This document shows positions 1 to 11,392 of a stretch of DNA of 33,587 bases, in pieces. Source of the DNA: Chiloscyllium plagiosum (Eukaryota). The stretch's first letter is position 1, and every line of letters starts with the position of its first letter. The stretch covers positions 1-33,587 of the forward strand of contig NW_025214660.1 of assembly GCF_004010195.1 (NCBI RefSeq), in the 5' to 3' direction. The notes below the pieces were generated by a model that searched no databases, had not been told where the DNA came from, and worked only from the letters and a program-made list of their open reading frames with translations. The translations under genes and the position numbers were made by a program.

Positions 1-188
1 TCTCCCCACCCCCACCCTCCTCTAGCTTATCTCTCCACGCTTCAGGCTCACTGCCTTTATTCCTGATGAAGGGCTTTTGCCCGAAACGTCAATATCGAAG
101 CTCCTTGGATGCTGCCTGGGCTGCTGTGCTCTTCCTGCGCCGCTGGTCCGGAGTCTGGTTTCCAGCATCTGCAGTCATTGTTTGTACC
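1..188 (+). mobile_element. Penelope-like element 3' end / pseudo-LTR (cut by window start)
   Basis: 1-150 is gap-free colinear with 604-753, which directly follows a GIY-YIG C-terminal peptide; contains CTGATGA..GAAAC motif. Confidence 0.85.
56..95 (+). ncRNA. Minimal type I hammerhead ribozyme motif (PLE-associated)
   Basis: CTGATGA (63-69), extra A, stem II GGGC-TTTT-GCCC (71-82), GAAA (83-86), palindromic ACGT with GTC triplet (88-90); stem I is weak. Confidence 0.65.
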
Positions 189-238
189 TTTTTAATTCCC
201 AGTTGCAGTATTTATATAGCTGGTACAGTTAAGTTTCT

Positions 239-342
239 GGTAGAGACAATAGCTGTGGATGCTGGAGGCCAGATTCTGGATGGTGGTGCTGGGGGAGCAC
301 AGTGGTTCGGGCAGCATCCGGGGAGCTTCGAAATCGACGTTT
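239..342 (-). mobile_element. Inverted pseudo-LTR segment of Penelope-like element
   Basis: Reverse complement of 84-188 and of 687-753, with many A>G differences as read on +. Confidence 0.85.
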
Positions 343-753
343 AAGATGCCTGGAGGAAGAACGCCTCATCTTCCGCCTCGGAACACTTCAACCCCAGGGT
401 ATCAATGTGGACTTCAACAGTTTCCTCATTTCCCCTTCCCCAACCTCACCCTAGTTCCAAATTTCCAGCTCAGTACTGTCCCCATGACTTGTCCGGACTT
501 GTCCTACCTGCCTATCTCCTTTTCCACCTATCCACTCCACCCTCTCCTCCCTGACCTATCACCTTCATCCCCTCCCCCACTCACCCATTGTACTCTGTTA
601 CTTTCTCCCCACTCCCACCCTCCTCTAGCTTATCTCTCCACGCTCCAGGCTCACTGCCTTTATTCCTGATGAAGGGCTTTTGCCCGAAATGTCGATTTCG
701 AAGCTCCTTGGATGCTGCCTGAACTGCTGTGCTCTTCCAGCACCACTAATCCA
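343..753 (+). mobile_element. 5'-truncated Penelope-like element (end of GIY-YIG endonuclease + pseudo-LTR)
   Basis: From 350 translates LEEERLIFRLGTLQPQGINVDF, typical of the C-terminus of vertebrate PLE ORFs; followed by pyrimidine-rich tract and pLTR. Confidence 0.85.
659..698 (+). ncRNA. Second minimal hammerhead ribozyme motif
   Basis: CTGATGA (666-672), A, GGGC-TTTT-GCCC, GAAA (686-689), TGTC; C>T at 690 relative to the first copy. Confidence 0.55.
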
Positions 754-909
754 ATAATTGCTAATCTTGACATTTGTGACAGGCAACTGAAAAAAATGTT
801 CATCCGTGTGAAGCTCCCTAAAACAGCATAATCATATGGGCTGCAGGGATTTTTCGATGTAAATTTTCAGATATGGGGTAGCATAATACTCTATAAATTT
901 AATTCAATG

Positions 910-1140
910 AAAACTGAAAGAACTGCGGATGCTGTGAATGAGAAACTAAAAATAGAAGTTGCAGGAAAAACTCAGCAGGTCTGGCAACATCTGTAAGAGA
1001 AATCAGTGTTTAACATTTAGAGTCCGGTGATCCTTCCTCAGGACTCTTCAGAGGGTCACCAGACCAAAGGTTAATTTTGATTTCTCCTCACAGATGCTGC
1101 CAGACCAGCTGAGCTTTACCAGCAGCTTCTGTTTTTTGTT
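910..1140. mobile_element. Fold-back (palindromic) PLE pLTR-derived mini-element
   Basis: Arms CTCAGCAGGTCTGGCAACATCTGT / ACAGATGCTGCCAGACCAGCTGAG are reverse complements; centre about 1042-1050 next to TCCTCAG (CTGAGGA on -). Confidence 0.75.
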
Positions 1141-1913
1141 GGTAATGAGTTCATGATAGCTCTGTCATAATTGAATGACACCAACAGGTGGCAATGTTTC
1201 TCCACTGTGGTGCATAGTTGAACTTGTAATGAAATTAGAACAGTGGCACTTGTATGGTCCAGGAAATCTTTTAGGAGTATTTGTTCAATTTTTTCTGAAA
1301 TGTATTTAGTTGGCATAAGTGGGCAGGTTCCCTCTTTCAAACAAAGCAACAAATTATCAGCTGCATTAAGCCTCCAGTGTTTCATTTGTGCTTTAGATCT
1401 TGTTTGATTCAGGTATGCAAGGTTGTTAAAAAGCACTGCCTACTAATACCTTGATCATATTTCTTTCCTCTAAAGTAGAATACAAAGCTCTAAGCATGCA
1501 TTTTTAGCTCTGCATATGCCAGGCATTTTCCTTACTAGTTCCCAGCTGCAGATGAAATCTCTACAGTTAGGAATGAGTTTCATTTGTCTTTGTAGTGTCA
1601 GGGATCTAGCAAATTGCTTATCCTGTTATAAACCACATTGCTATAAATCCAGATGAGCAGAGTTGCTTTCAAACAATAGGCTTCAGTTATATCTTAAATG
1701 GGAAATTACATGCATTTTTTTGTAATTATGCTGTGATTGTTTATCTTGCTCGTCTCTGTCGCAGTGAATCAAGTGTTAAAGATCCCTGGTAGCTGTTAGA
1801 CGCTTTTACAATGTTTAATTGTGAAGTAAGAAAAAGGCTATCAGGTACTTTGATAGAAGTTCAATGTTAATTAATGATGGTCCCCATTATCCAGAATATT
1901 GTTATTGTTACTG

Positions 1914-3400
1914 CATAGAACGGAGGCCATTTGGCTCATCATCTCTGTGCTTGCTGTCCAGAACAAGCAATACAGCTAGCCCCTTACCTTCTCTCCCAAA
2001 CCAATTTTTTTTCAGTCAATAATCCTGTTCCAACTTGAATGCTTTGATTTGAACCTGCTTGCACCACATACTCAGGCATCCCATTCCATATCTTGATCTC
2101 TCACCATTTGAAAAGATTTCTTCTTGTATTTCTCTCATATCTTTTGCCAGTTCCCTTAAATTTGTGCTCTTATGTTTGATGCTTCCCTCCTATGGGTGCT
2201 GTTTTTTCCCTATCTGTTGTGCCTGGATGCCTCAAGATTGTGAAGATGATTGTAAAATTTTTAACATTTTTTGTTCTCTGAAAAAAACTTAACAAATTGT
2301 TGAATTTTATCATGTAATTTAAGTTCATTACCATTTGGGCAAATCCCTTTTACTCTCACTCTAATGCATTTACATCCTTAAAGTAGAATGTGCAGAACTG
2401 AATCCAATCCTCTGAAATAAAACTGATCCAGAATTCTATACAAGTTCAGCATAACTGCCTTGCTCTTGTATGTCATATTCTTATTAATAAAACTGAGGAA
2501 ATTATATTTTTACTCAATGTTCTCTCATCCTGCACTGTGTTCTTCAATGATTCCTGTACAAATACATCCAGTTTCCTCTGCTCCTGCACATCCTTTAGAA
2601 GTACTCTTTAGCTTATTTTATGTCTTCATGTTCTTGCAAAATGAGTCACTTCTTTACTCTTGAATGCATCGAACTTGATGTGCTCCTTATCTGTTCATCT
2701 GACAACTTGTCCATGTCCTTTTGAGATTGTGTGCTATGCCGTCCTTGTATTAATGATGGTTGAACGTTTTGTATTATTTACAAATTTTGAAATCGTGCCC
2801 TGTACATGATTTAGGTCATTCAACATAGAAGACTAACAGCAAGGAGCCCACAACGATCCCTGGGGAACACCAGTACAAACCTTCCTCCTGTCCGAAAACA
2901 TTCATTAAACACTGCCATCTGTTTCCTGTCACTCAACCAATTTTGTAACCACATTACTATTGTCCCTTTTATATGATAAGCAGAAATATTGCTGCAACAT
3001 AGACTGGTGCCAACGATTCACTTAATACATATTATTTGTAAATGCCCTTGGTTCCTCATCAGCCATATTCCTTTATCTTGTTTTTCAAAAATCACTAACA
3101 ACTATGCTAAGCACACTTTATTTCAATTGTCATCCAGGGAGCTCTATTTGTCTGTTCTACATTTCCCCTTTGTGAAAATTTACCTTGACTGAGCCTAAAT
3201 TATCTCTTTTTTGAAAGATAATCCATTGAGCAGTTAGCATTTTCCCTGTCAACCTTCCAATACAGAAAAATATGTTGTTTCCCTCATGCAAGGATCAGAT
3301 ATCATTGCTTGCTAATTTTCCACTTGAATCTTGAAATTATGATTGCAATTCTACATGTCTCCAATTATTTAGTTAGTACTAATGTGGCCTGAGTTCATTG
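1914..3400 (-). mobile_element. Degenerate CR1 LINE (3' tail and RT region)
   Basis: Minus strand 2871-2854 encodes GVPQGS; TTCTATG-type tail at 1914; many stops and indels. Confidence 0.75.
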
Positions 3401-3479
3401 GATTGTTTGTCACCTTTCCCTTGCAGCCGCTCCTTGACATCTGGAATCCTGGGAGGCAATGCATCATTTGAAGCTGCAA

Positions 3480-3770
3480 AAACTTGCATCTAATCCAGTA
3501 GCCATCAAATCTTCTATCATTATTGCGTTTTTTAGTCATCTTTGTGTCCCTCCCAATTTGACTCCGGTTGCACCCCTCAGGTGAACCATCATTGTCATCA
3601 GTATTCAGAACTGAATACTGGTTGGCAAGTGGGATTCACCTGGGGGACTTCTGCAGTTTTTCTGTTCTTCTTGACAGTCTGCTGCTTGCCCATTCTCCTT
3701 GTTTGCTTTTCACCTGCAGGATGACCACATCAATAACTATACCAATCACAAAGCACTCAATGTGACCGAT
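3480..3770 (-). mobile_element. Probable CR1 ORF1-region remnant
   Basis: Nucleotide resemblance to shark CR1 ORF1-region sequence, from memory only; highly decayed. Confidence 0.4.
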
Positions 3771-4080
3771 GCACTATCGTTTTGCCAGCTGATATTCAAG
3801 CTCTGAAATCAGGACTTTTTTTGACACCCCTACCCCCCTCATTCAACTGGCTATCCAGAAGACATGAAATATGCTGGAATTCCCAGATAAGGCATACACT
3901 GTAGAGCTCTAAACAGCTCTACCAATCCTCTACCTGTTAATTCATAAAGCTACTGCTAATGAACCTTACTTGAAAATTAGAGTTAAAACTCACCAATGGC
4001 TCCCCTCTATTCTGTTGGTATCTCTTAAATTCAGGGAAGCTCACTCGATGTTTTGCTTTAGATTTTTAAATTTCCCCAGT

Positions 4081-4440
4081 TAGAATCATGGAATCATAGA
4101 ATCCCTGCAGTGTAGAAAGAAGCCATTTGACGCATGTGAGTCTGCACTGACACTCTGAACAGCATCCCACCCAGAGCCAATTCCCCCCCCCCCCCTCCTA
4201 TTCCTAACCCTGCATATACTATGGCTAATCCATCCAGGTTGCACATCCCTGGACACTACAGACAATCTACCATGGCCAACCCACTTAACCTGCATGTCCG
4301 TGGACTGTAGGAGGAATCTGAGCACCCTGCGAATTCCAAGCAGACACTTGAAAACTCCATATGGTCACCCAGGGATGGAATTGAACCCGGGTCCCAGATG
4401 CTAAGAGGCAGCAGTGCTAACCTCTGAGCTACTGTGCCAA
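4081..4440 (-). mobile_element. HE1-like tRNA-derived V-SINE
   Basis: On -: A box TAGCTCAGAGG, B box GGTTCAATTCC, CR1-type (ATTCTATG)n tail; homologous to copies at 13831, 15486 and 19082. Confidence 0.85.
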
Positions 4441-4620
4441 CCAAGTCGTGTAGACGCAATCCCTAACTTTAGAAAAAGAGAAGCACTGCAGTAATACTCA
4501 CCAGCCAATTAACTGAAGACTCTCCTCCATATCACTTATTTTTCCTTCTTTTGATTTCAAACCTGGCACACAATTGGTTCACTGTTTCTCATGATTTCCC
4601 CCTCTTTAACTGCTGGTCCC

Positions 4621-4655
4621 CAATTTAGAAGATATCAATTTAGAAGATATCAATT
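4621..4655. repeat. 15-bp tandem duplication
   Basis: CAATTTAGAAGATAT x2 plus CAATT. Confidence 0.9.
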
Positions 4656-4989
4656 ACTCCCAAGTCTGCTACTTCTGATTCATTCCTCTCCCCAATTGTA
4701 ATAATTTACAATCAGCATGATTGGCAGTTCAACAGAAATCAACTGCTTTCTGCAGTCATTGCAAAATGTTGCCGAAATGGAAAACTGTTTAACTTAAGTC
4801 ATCTCTGTCAGATCTAACTTGATTGCCATGAATGTATGTGCCCTGTGGTTTGCAGATTGCTGCAGCGTCATTGCCTATTCTTTAGCCATGTTTCAAGTCC
4901 CTCTCAATCACTACTTACAAAATACTTGGCTGTCATTGACTGTAGCCATAACAAGAAAAATCCCATTCCTAATTAGCCAATATTCCATC

Positions 4990-5500
4990 TTCAAACAATG
5001 CTGAAGAACAGACTGTGGAATATTTTGAGTACTTCATGGACATTGTCAGGCATCTCTTTCAAATGGCCACCATTATTGAGAAGATCAAACACTAGATCAG
5101 CTGTACCTACCATAAGTTACGACAGCAAGTGTTGGCAACAAAGTCCTCTGCAAATCAACAAATGTCCTCCTGTACAGATCAGGTGTCGTCATGTTCCTGC
5201 TCGGCCTTGAGACCTTGACTGTGTACCAGCAACACGAAAGACCTGTGGGGAAGTGATGCCTCCATAGTATCCTCCAGGTTCAATGGAAGGACGATTGAAC
5301 ACATGTTAGTGATACTTTATGAAACCAGCTCCACCAAAATTCAAGCAAAACTTCTGCAAAATCAGCCACTTGATATGAAGTCTGGATGCCCAAAATGCAT
5401 CTTGCCACCAGGTCTGTTTTTCCCACTGTTCTCAAACAGCCATTACCTGGGGGAAAGCCAAGCGCACACTACATAGACTCTGAATCTGTCCTTAGGACAG
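4990..5500 (+). mobile_element. Degenerate RTE-clade LINE fragment (post-RT region)
   Basis: Translates EYFMDIVRHLFQMATIIEKIKH, ETLTVYQQH and SILQVQWKD, resembling RTE motifs FPYLGS..IDEEIQHRI, ETWT.Y.RH and ILQI.W.D. Confidence 0.6.
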
Positions 5501-8500
5501 TGCTGAAGTTAATAACTAGAAAGTTATTAACTAGTAATTATTTAAAATGGCAACGACTTGCATGTTGAATCACATCATGCTTTGTGTCACAACTTTTCAA
5601 TGGTGCAGCAGAGAAGAAAAGAAAAGGATACAAATTCTGAACTCAGATCCTCCTCCGCTATGGGACATTCTGCCCAAAGCAGAAATTTGCAACCCTGAAT
5701 TGATGTCATCTTTGAATTTCACAGAGCACCCATTTTAAAAAAAAAATGCTTTCTAGGTTTTCATACCCCCAGAATTACTTCTGTGATTTAAGGATCCTCC
5801 ATGTTCATTAAATTTGAGAAGGAATTGCCTTGTTTACTTTAGAATTAAGCAGTGCTCATACTTATGCCACATTTACAACTTTGCTTAGCGAAGTGTGGGG
5901 AATCTTCATATTTCTTCATTTAAAAATTAAGATGTTGTCCATTGTTTTCAATCATCAAATTTCACAGGTGGTTTGTTTTCTTTGATAATTTATAAGCAGT
6001 TTATTTCTTTCTTCAGTTTTGTTTTTTAGTGCAGCCAAGGTGTTATTTATACCACTACATTAGACACAGCATATAAATGTTCTTTGTAACTTTGTCCCCT
6101 TCACCTTGATGCGACTGTCCTTTTTCCATACTATTTAATTAGAAATTGCCCTATGTGATAATAGTCTGAGCAATCTTCAATGCTAAGTCACAAAATTCAG
6201 TTTGTCTCCCCAGTTATTTACGTATTCAAGATCAATTGTGGCAGACATTCCAGACACTGCTCTGAAAAGCACATTGTGTGTTTTATGAAAAAAAAACTCT
6301 CAAGCCATCAATTGCTGGCAGAAAATCTTTCACTGTTCAAAGTAAGCGCAAGCGCATTCACCTATTATCTTGCAGCACACACCATTATTGATGTATTTTT
6401 AAGCATTGTCGCGCAGGAACTTTTGCAGCATGAGATTTTTTTTTTCCGTGATTGCAGCTTTCCTTGAGACTTGTTTGAAGTGGTTGCAGTTTTTTGATTG
6501 GCATTTCTAATCATTTGTCAGGCTTCTGTATGTTTCACGACTAAGTTCAAAAATGTATTTCTTTGTCTGGAGTCTGTGACCCTTTAGACATTTATTCTGT
6601 CTTCAGTCGTGAGTTTTTAAATTTCTTTGCTGACTGCACTGGCACACCTTTTTCAGTAGTTATTTTGTGCACAGACCATTGCCACTGCCATTTTTTGATC
6701 ACTGGTCTTTGAAATTGTTACGGACAAGATCCAATTAATCAAATAAATTGATACTATTAATGAACTTTCTCTCAAAATGTATAGCAATAGTAAGGTTCCG
6801 GATGAGTTTCTGATTAAATGTGAGTAATTTTTAGATCTCCAGATTTAATTATTTTAAAAATAACTTTTCATCCTATTACATCATTCATATTTAAGAAACA
6901 CATCCTTCTGTGTATACGTTACTGTTCCACTCATTAATGTTTAAGTGGATCACAGACCTTTGTGTGTGGCCGTAGAACTATTGTTCTTTTGGCCTCTGAC
7001 ACCATTCCCTGAGACCTATTACCTTCTTCACTTATTGCCACAAACAATGGTAAAGACTGCTTATTATGAGACCCCATTTATACAAGCAGTAAAGTTCAAA
7101 ATTCCAGTATAACATTAGCTAGTCTTAACCATTTAATAATCTGTGGAGTGTTGGGGAAAAATCAGTGGGAAAATGACAAAGGTGCACTGAAATATGGGAA
7201 ATATGCTACAATAAATGTTTGAGAAGTTGGTTACTGTGTTGTAGCATATTTTCCTTATTCCATCATATTGGAATTTATATCACCTTAATTACAAAAGTAA
7301 TCTTTCATATGTTTTGCCACTGCATAACCAAAAACAAATTTTTCTAGTTAAATGATGTGTTGGTAAACTCGTCCAGGTGGAAAGTATATTGCATTTCTTG
7401 TATTCAATTCATTTATCTATATCCAGTAGCAACTGAATGTTGACTTCATTCAAATTTCTGAAGGTAAATAAAATGCAAGTTTATTTTGCTTTTGATCACT
7501 AACAACTTTCTAGCAAGTATGTTGTTTCTCATCATAAAGGTAATTATACTTTTTGTCCTCTAAAACTTAACTTCTTACCCTTTGAGAAAAATCTTCAAGC
7601 ACATTTAAATTAATGTCCTACAGTTTGAATACTCTTGTACAACAGATTGACATATTCTTGTTTACTATTTTGTACTTTTGCAAGCCTTCTATCTTGTTTT
7701 AATTATTAGATTGTTCGAAAACTCATGAATTCCTTTCTAGTCTTGCTAATTTTGTGTAAAAATTAGTGAATTTAATATATTTGAAAAATCTTCAGTACTA
7801 ATTATTTTGAAGTTGTTTGCATCCATTAGATTTAGCTTAAATGATCCATGTAATTAAAAAAAAATGAACTCAAATGTACTTCATGAAGAAAATTAAGTGA
7901 AAGTGAAAATAAAAACAAGGTTAGCATTTTACATCGCACACCAATTTGTTGTTAATGCTCACATTCAATTGCAATCTTCATTAAAGCACAATAGGGGGCC
8001 CTCTAGGCTTTGATCTTATACATCGTATGCAGAAAGAATTTATCCTTCTTATGTCATGTGTAAATTTAAGGATTTAAGCTTGCAATGTTCAGCCTATTTT
8101 TGTGTATTGAATACAGGTTGCATAGGCTGTGCTTCCCTGTATCATGTTCTAAGATTGTTCTAGTACGGCTTTCTAATTTTAATCATGCATACCTCATGAT
8201 CAGTTTATAAAGAAACACTTTGATGGAGCTTTTTGACTAGTGTGACATAAGCATTTTCAATACAATGGGTGGTCAAAATGCTGCTCAAAGGGCAGCCTCA
8301 TTTTGTATGCCTTTCTTCTGTTCAACTTGCTTGCAAAAGATAAAAAAAATGTATTCTTCACTATATTTCACAAGTATTGCTCTGTGAAATTAGTGCATTC
8401 TTTGATCCATGTGTGAACAACACTGGTAGCCTCTGATTGCCATATCCAGATGGTGTTACTGGAAACAAACAGTTGTGTTGTAGGATTTCTCAATAGACTG

Positions 8501-9489
8501 TCTAGACTGGCCTCACAGGAGACAGATATAGGCTCCCATCAAATTAGCGTTTGTCAGATTTATGGTAATGGTTGGCAAAAGCCTTCCTGTCACTGACACA
8601 AAGATTTATGTTCCAGAGTTTTTCTAGAGAACATGATGTCTCCGTTAAAGGATCATTTTTATTTGGTTGACTTTTAATTATTTTTGAAGGTGTAGTTTGA
8701 ACAGGAACAATAGAATATTAACTTCACTAAGTCATTTTTCGTGTGGAATTTCAATCCCTAAAGTGATGGGTGACTGGGTCAGGTTTGAGCCAGCAGTGTT
8801 ACTATCTTCAATTTTGCCCCTTTTAGGAAAGAAAACATGTTTATGGATTGCTGTGGCAGAATTTTGTGCTTTCATGTTGGTATACTGAAGTAATTTGAGC
8901 CATTCCCTCTACACAGTGGGAATCACCTTTTGACAGGCAGTTCGTCCATTCTGAGTAGAAATGTTTTTCCAAGTCTGCCCAATCTTCTTTGATCCTTTGG
9001 TCTCAAATTTATTGTTGGAGCTACTAAGTTAGGCAAGGAGCTGATGGCTGTTCCTGGGCAGAATGAGTGATTATTAAACAACAAAATAGACTGTCCCAAA
9101 TGCAACACTTGTGGGACCTCTGTCCATTTGAGTTGCAAAATAAGATAACTACTCTTCAAAGGCTGATAATTAGACAAATTTCACTGTCTATATGCATGGA
9201 AATTTGAAACAAATGTTATCTTTTGACTGCAGTGTCATTTTAGAAAGACAGACGGATGTAAAAGTGTGAAGTTTCAGGTTAATGCACGATAGAATAAAGA
9301 TAATAAGTAGTTTTCAAAGGCTGAATCAAGTTGCCGTGCAATTGATGTAAATATTGCTTGAATTGTCAGCTTGCAGTCATGAACGGTTAATCAGCCCAGG
9401 CCTATTTAAAACTAGCGCAGCAGTAAATTATTGATTATTCTGAAACTGTCTTAAACCTGGCATAGAAACAGGAGAAAGCCTGTTCTCTC

Positions 9490-9850
9490 CTGCCTTTTCT
9501 GCCATTCACTTAGAATCAAGGTACAAATCAACCAACATCTATCTACCAATGTTTGCTCTACATACTTTAAGATGCTTAACTGACAACAAAAACTCTCAAT
9601 CACTGTTTTGAAATTTTCATTTGACCCAGCAGCCATAATCTTTCGGACGATAGATTCCAGATTCCTTCTAATAATAAGAATAAATTCAAGGACCTAATTT
9701 GAAGATTGTGTGCCATCTTGTTCTAGATTTTTTTTTACAAAAGGATATTGTTTCTTTTGTCTGTTCAGTCAAACTGTTTTTAATATCTAGATTAGTCTAC
9801 CATTTAACTTCATGTGTGCCATGTAAGTAAAAACTGAGATCATACCCATG
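9490..9850 (-). mobile_element. Old CR1 3' end
   Basis: Decayed similarity to the other minus-strand CR1 tails in the window (e.g. 32550-32900). Confidence 0.5.
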
Positions 9851-10379
9851 CTTTAACCCATATATTTCTGTCAAGATTAGCAATTTAGCCCCTTGTGTGA
9901 TTTCAATATCACTAGTGTTGAGACTATTGAGATGCATTGAGTCATTTCATTTGATTTTGGAGAAGACAAAATGATTTTGCAACTCTTAAAACACAATTTT
10001 AAGTTTGTCATGACACTGTTGATTTTGATTAAATATGAAGCAAAGTAAGTGATTCAATTCTCAAGTAAGGAATAACATCAAAGCTGGGGCATAAATTCCA
10101 GCAAACCTCAAAAATTGCTAAGCATAAAAATATTTCCAATCTAACACAATTTGAACAGTTATCCAGACTTACTGGCACAACTACAGATTTATTTGCTCAT
10201 TTTAAACAACTTCACCCGGAGTCTAAACACGTCCATGTGTTAATGAAGCCATAACCAATAAGCTACACAAGGAATACATTACATCTGGGTGCCAGCCCAA
10301 ATGTAGATGGATATTAATTTTAAGTTACTTTGTGATTTTTCATTTTTATTGTTTTGGCACCCTTACTCTGATTTAGTTA

Positions 10380-10727
10380 GGGGAGGTGACAGCCTAGTGG
10401 TATTATTGCTGGACTGTTATTCCAGAGATCCAAGAATGTTCTGGGGATGTGGGTTTGAATCCCACCTTGGCAGACTCTGGAATTTGAACTCAGTTACAAA
10501 AAAAATGGAATTAAGAGTCTAATTGTGACCATCAATCCATTGTCAATTGTTGGAAAAACCCATTCAATTCACAAATGTCCTTTTAGTGAAGGAGACTATC
10601 ATCCTTATCTGGTCTGGCCTGTGTGTGATTTCAGAACCACAACAACTCTTAACTGGGCAGTTAGGGATGGGTAATAAATGATGGCCTAGCCAGCAACACT
10701 CTCATCCTGTGTATGAATTTTAAAAAA
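10380..10727 (+). mobile_element. tRNA-derived SINE (second family, LINE-derived tail)
   Basis: A box-like CAGCCTAGTGG, B box GGTTTGAATCC, tail GGGATGGGTAATAAATGATGGCCTAGCCAGC shared with 12720-12937 and with the LINE end at 22450-22510. Confidence 0.8.
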
Positions 10728-10949
10728 CACATTGTAAACCACTTGATTTATATCTGTAAGTAAAATGTTTTGGTTTTCTAGTATTTGATTAATTTGAAAT
10801 TACGGCCTGTCCAAAACTGTATTTTGCACAAATAATATCATGGCAAAGGTGGTATGACAATGTTGAGATGAACTTCGAAATGTAATTTCTTGTGAAATCT
10901 AAGTGGAATTGTGTGGATAACTAAATGGAAGTAGGCAATGCCAATTGAC

Positions 10950-11392
10950 TTGGGAACTCTGGAGGGAATGCCTTGCTGGACATTCTATATCTATCCAAGA
11001 TAACATAGGTTACTGAAATAGGTAAAAGTGGAACCAAATAAGTTCAAAACCTCAAATCCAGGCAGTGGTGAATCGTGTCATTGCCCATGTCAGAGGCTAT
11101 AAGAAGGCAGTGGGAGGGAAGTTGGAATAGGCAATAAACATAAGGTGTTGTTTTTAACTTATGTTTAGGTCATTTCATTGCTGTGGAAAGGGTGAAAATA
11201 TGATTGAGGTTCATCATTGAACTGTGGAGACATGGTCATGATTTCAGAATTGTCAAAAATGTGCAGGACTGTGGAAAGAAAAGTGATCTTGAAGATGGGG
11301 CAAGATATTGGAAGTAGCAGGGTCAAAATGGGCATTTTGAGGGTGAGGTGAAGCCTCTGGTTTTGAAAAGGGTGGGAACAGTATTTGACAAA
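10950..11392 (-). mobile_element. Degenerate L2-clade RT fragment
   Basis: ORF 11165..11437 contains CPIFKITFLSTVL..QSYFHPFHSNEMT, matching L2 YRPISNLPFLSKVLE..QSGFRP.HSTETAL. Confidence 0.6.

Noticed and set aside
4370..4440. tRNA genes at SINE heads (also 10380, 13831, 15486)
   Set aside because: A/B boxes are followed by SINE bodies and LINE-type tails; no complete cloverleaf.
6300..6720. Possible DNA-transposase relic on -
   Set aside because: No transposase motif or terminal inverted repeat could be identified.
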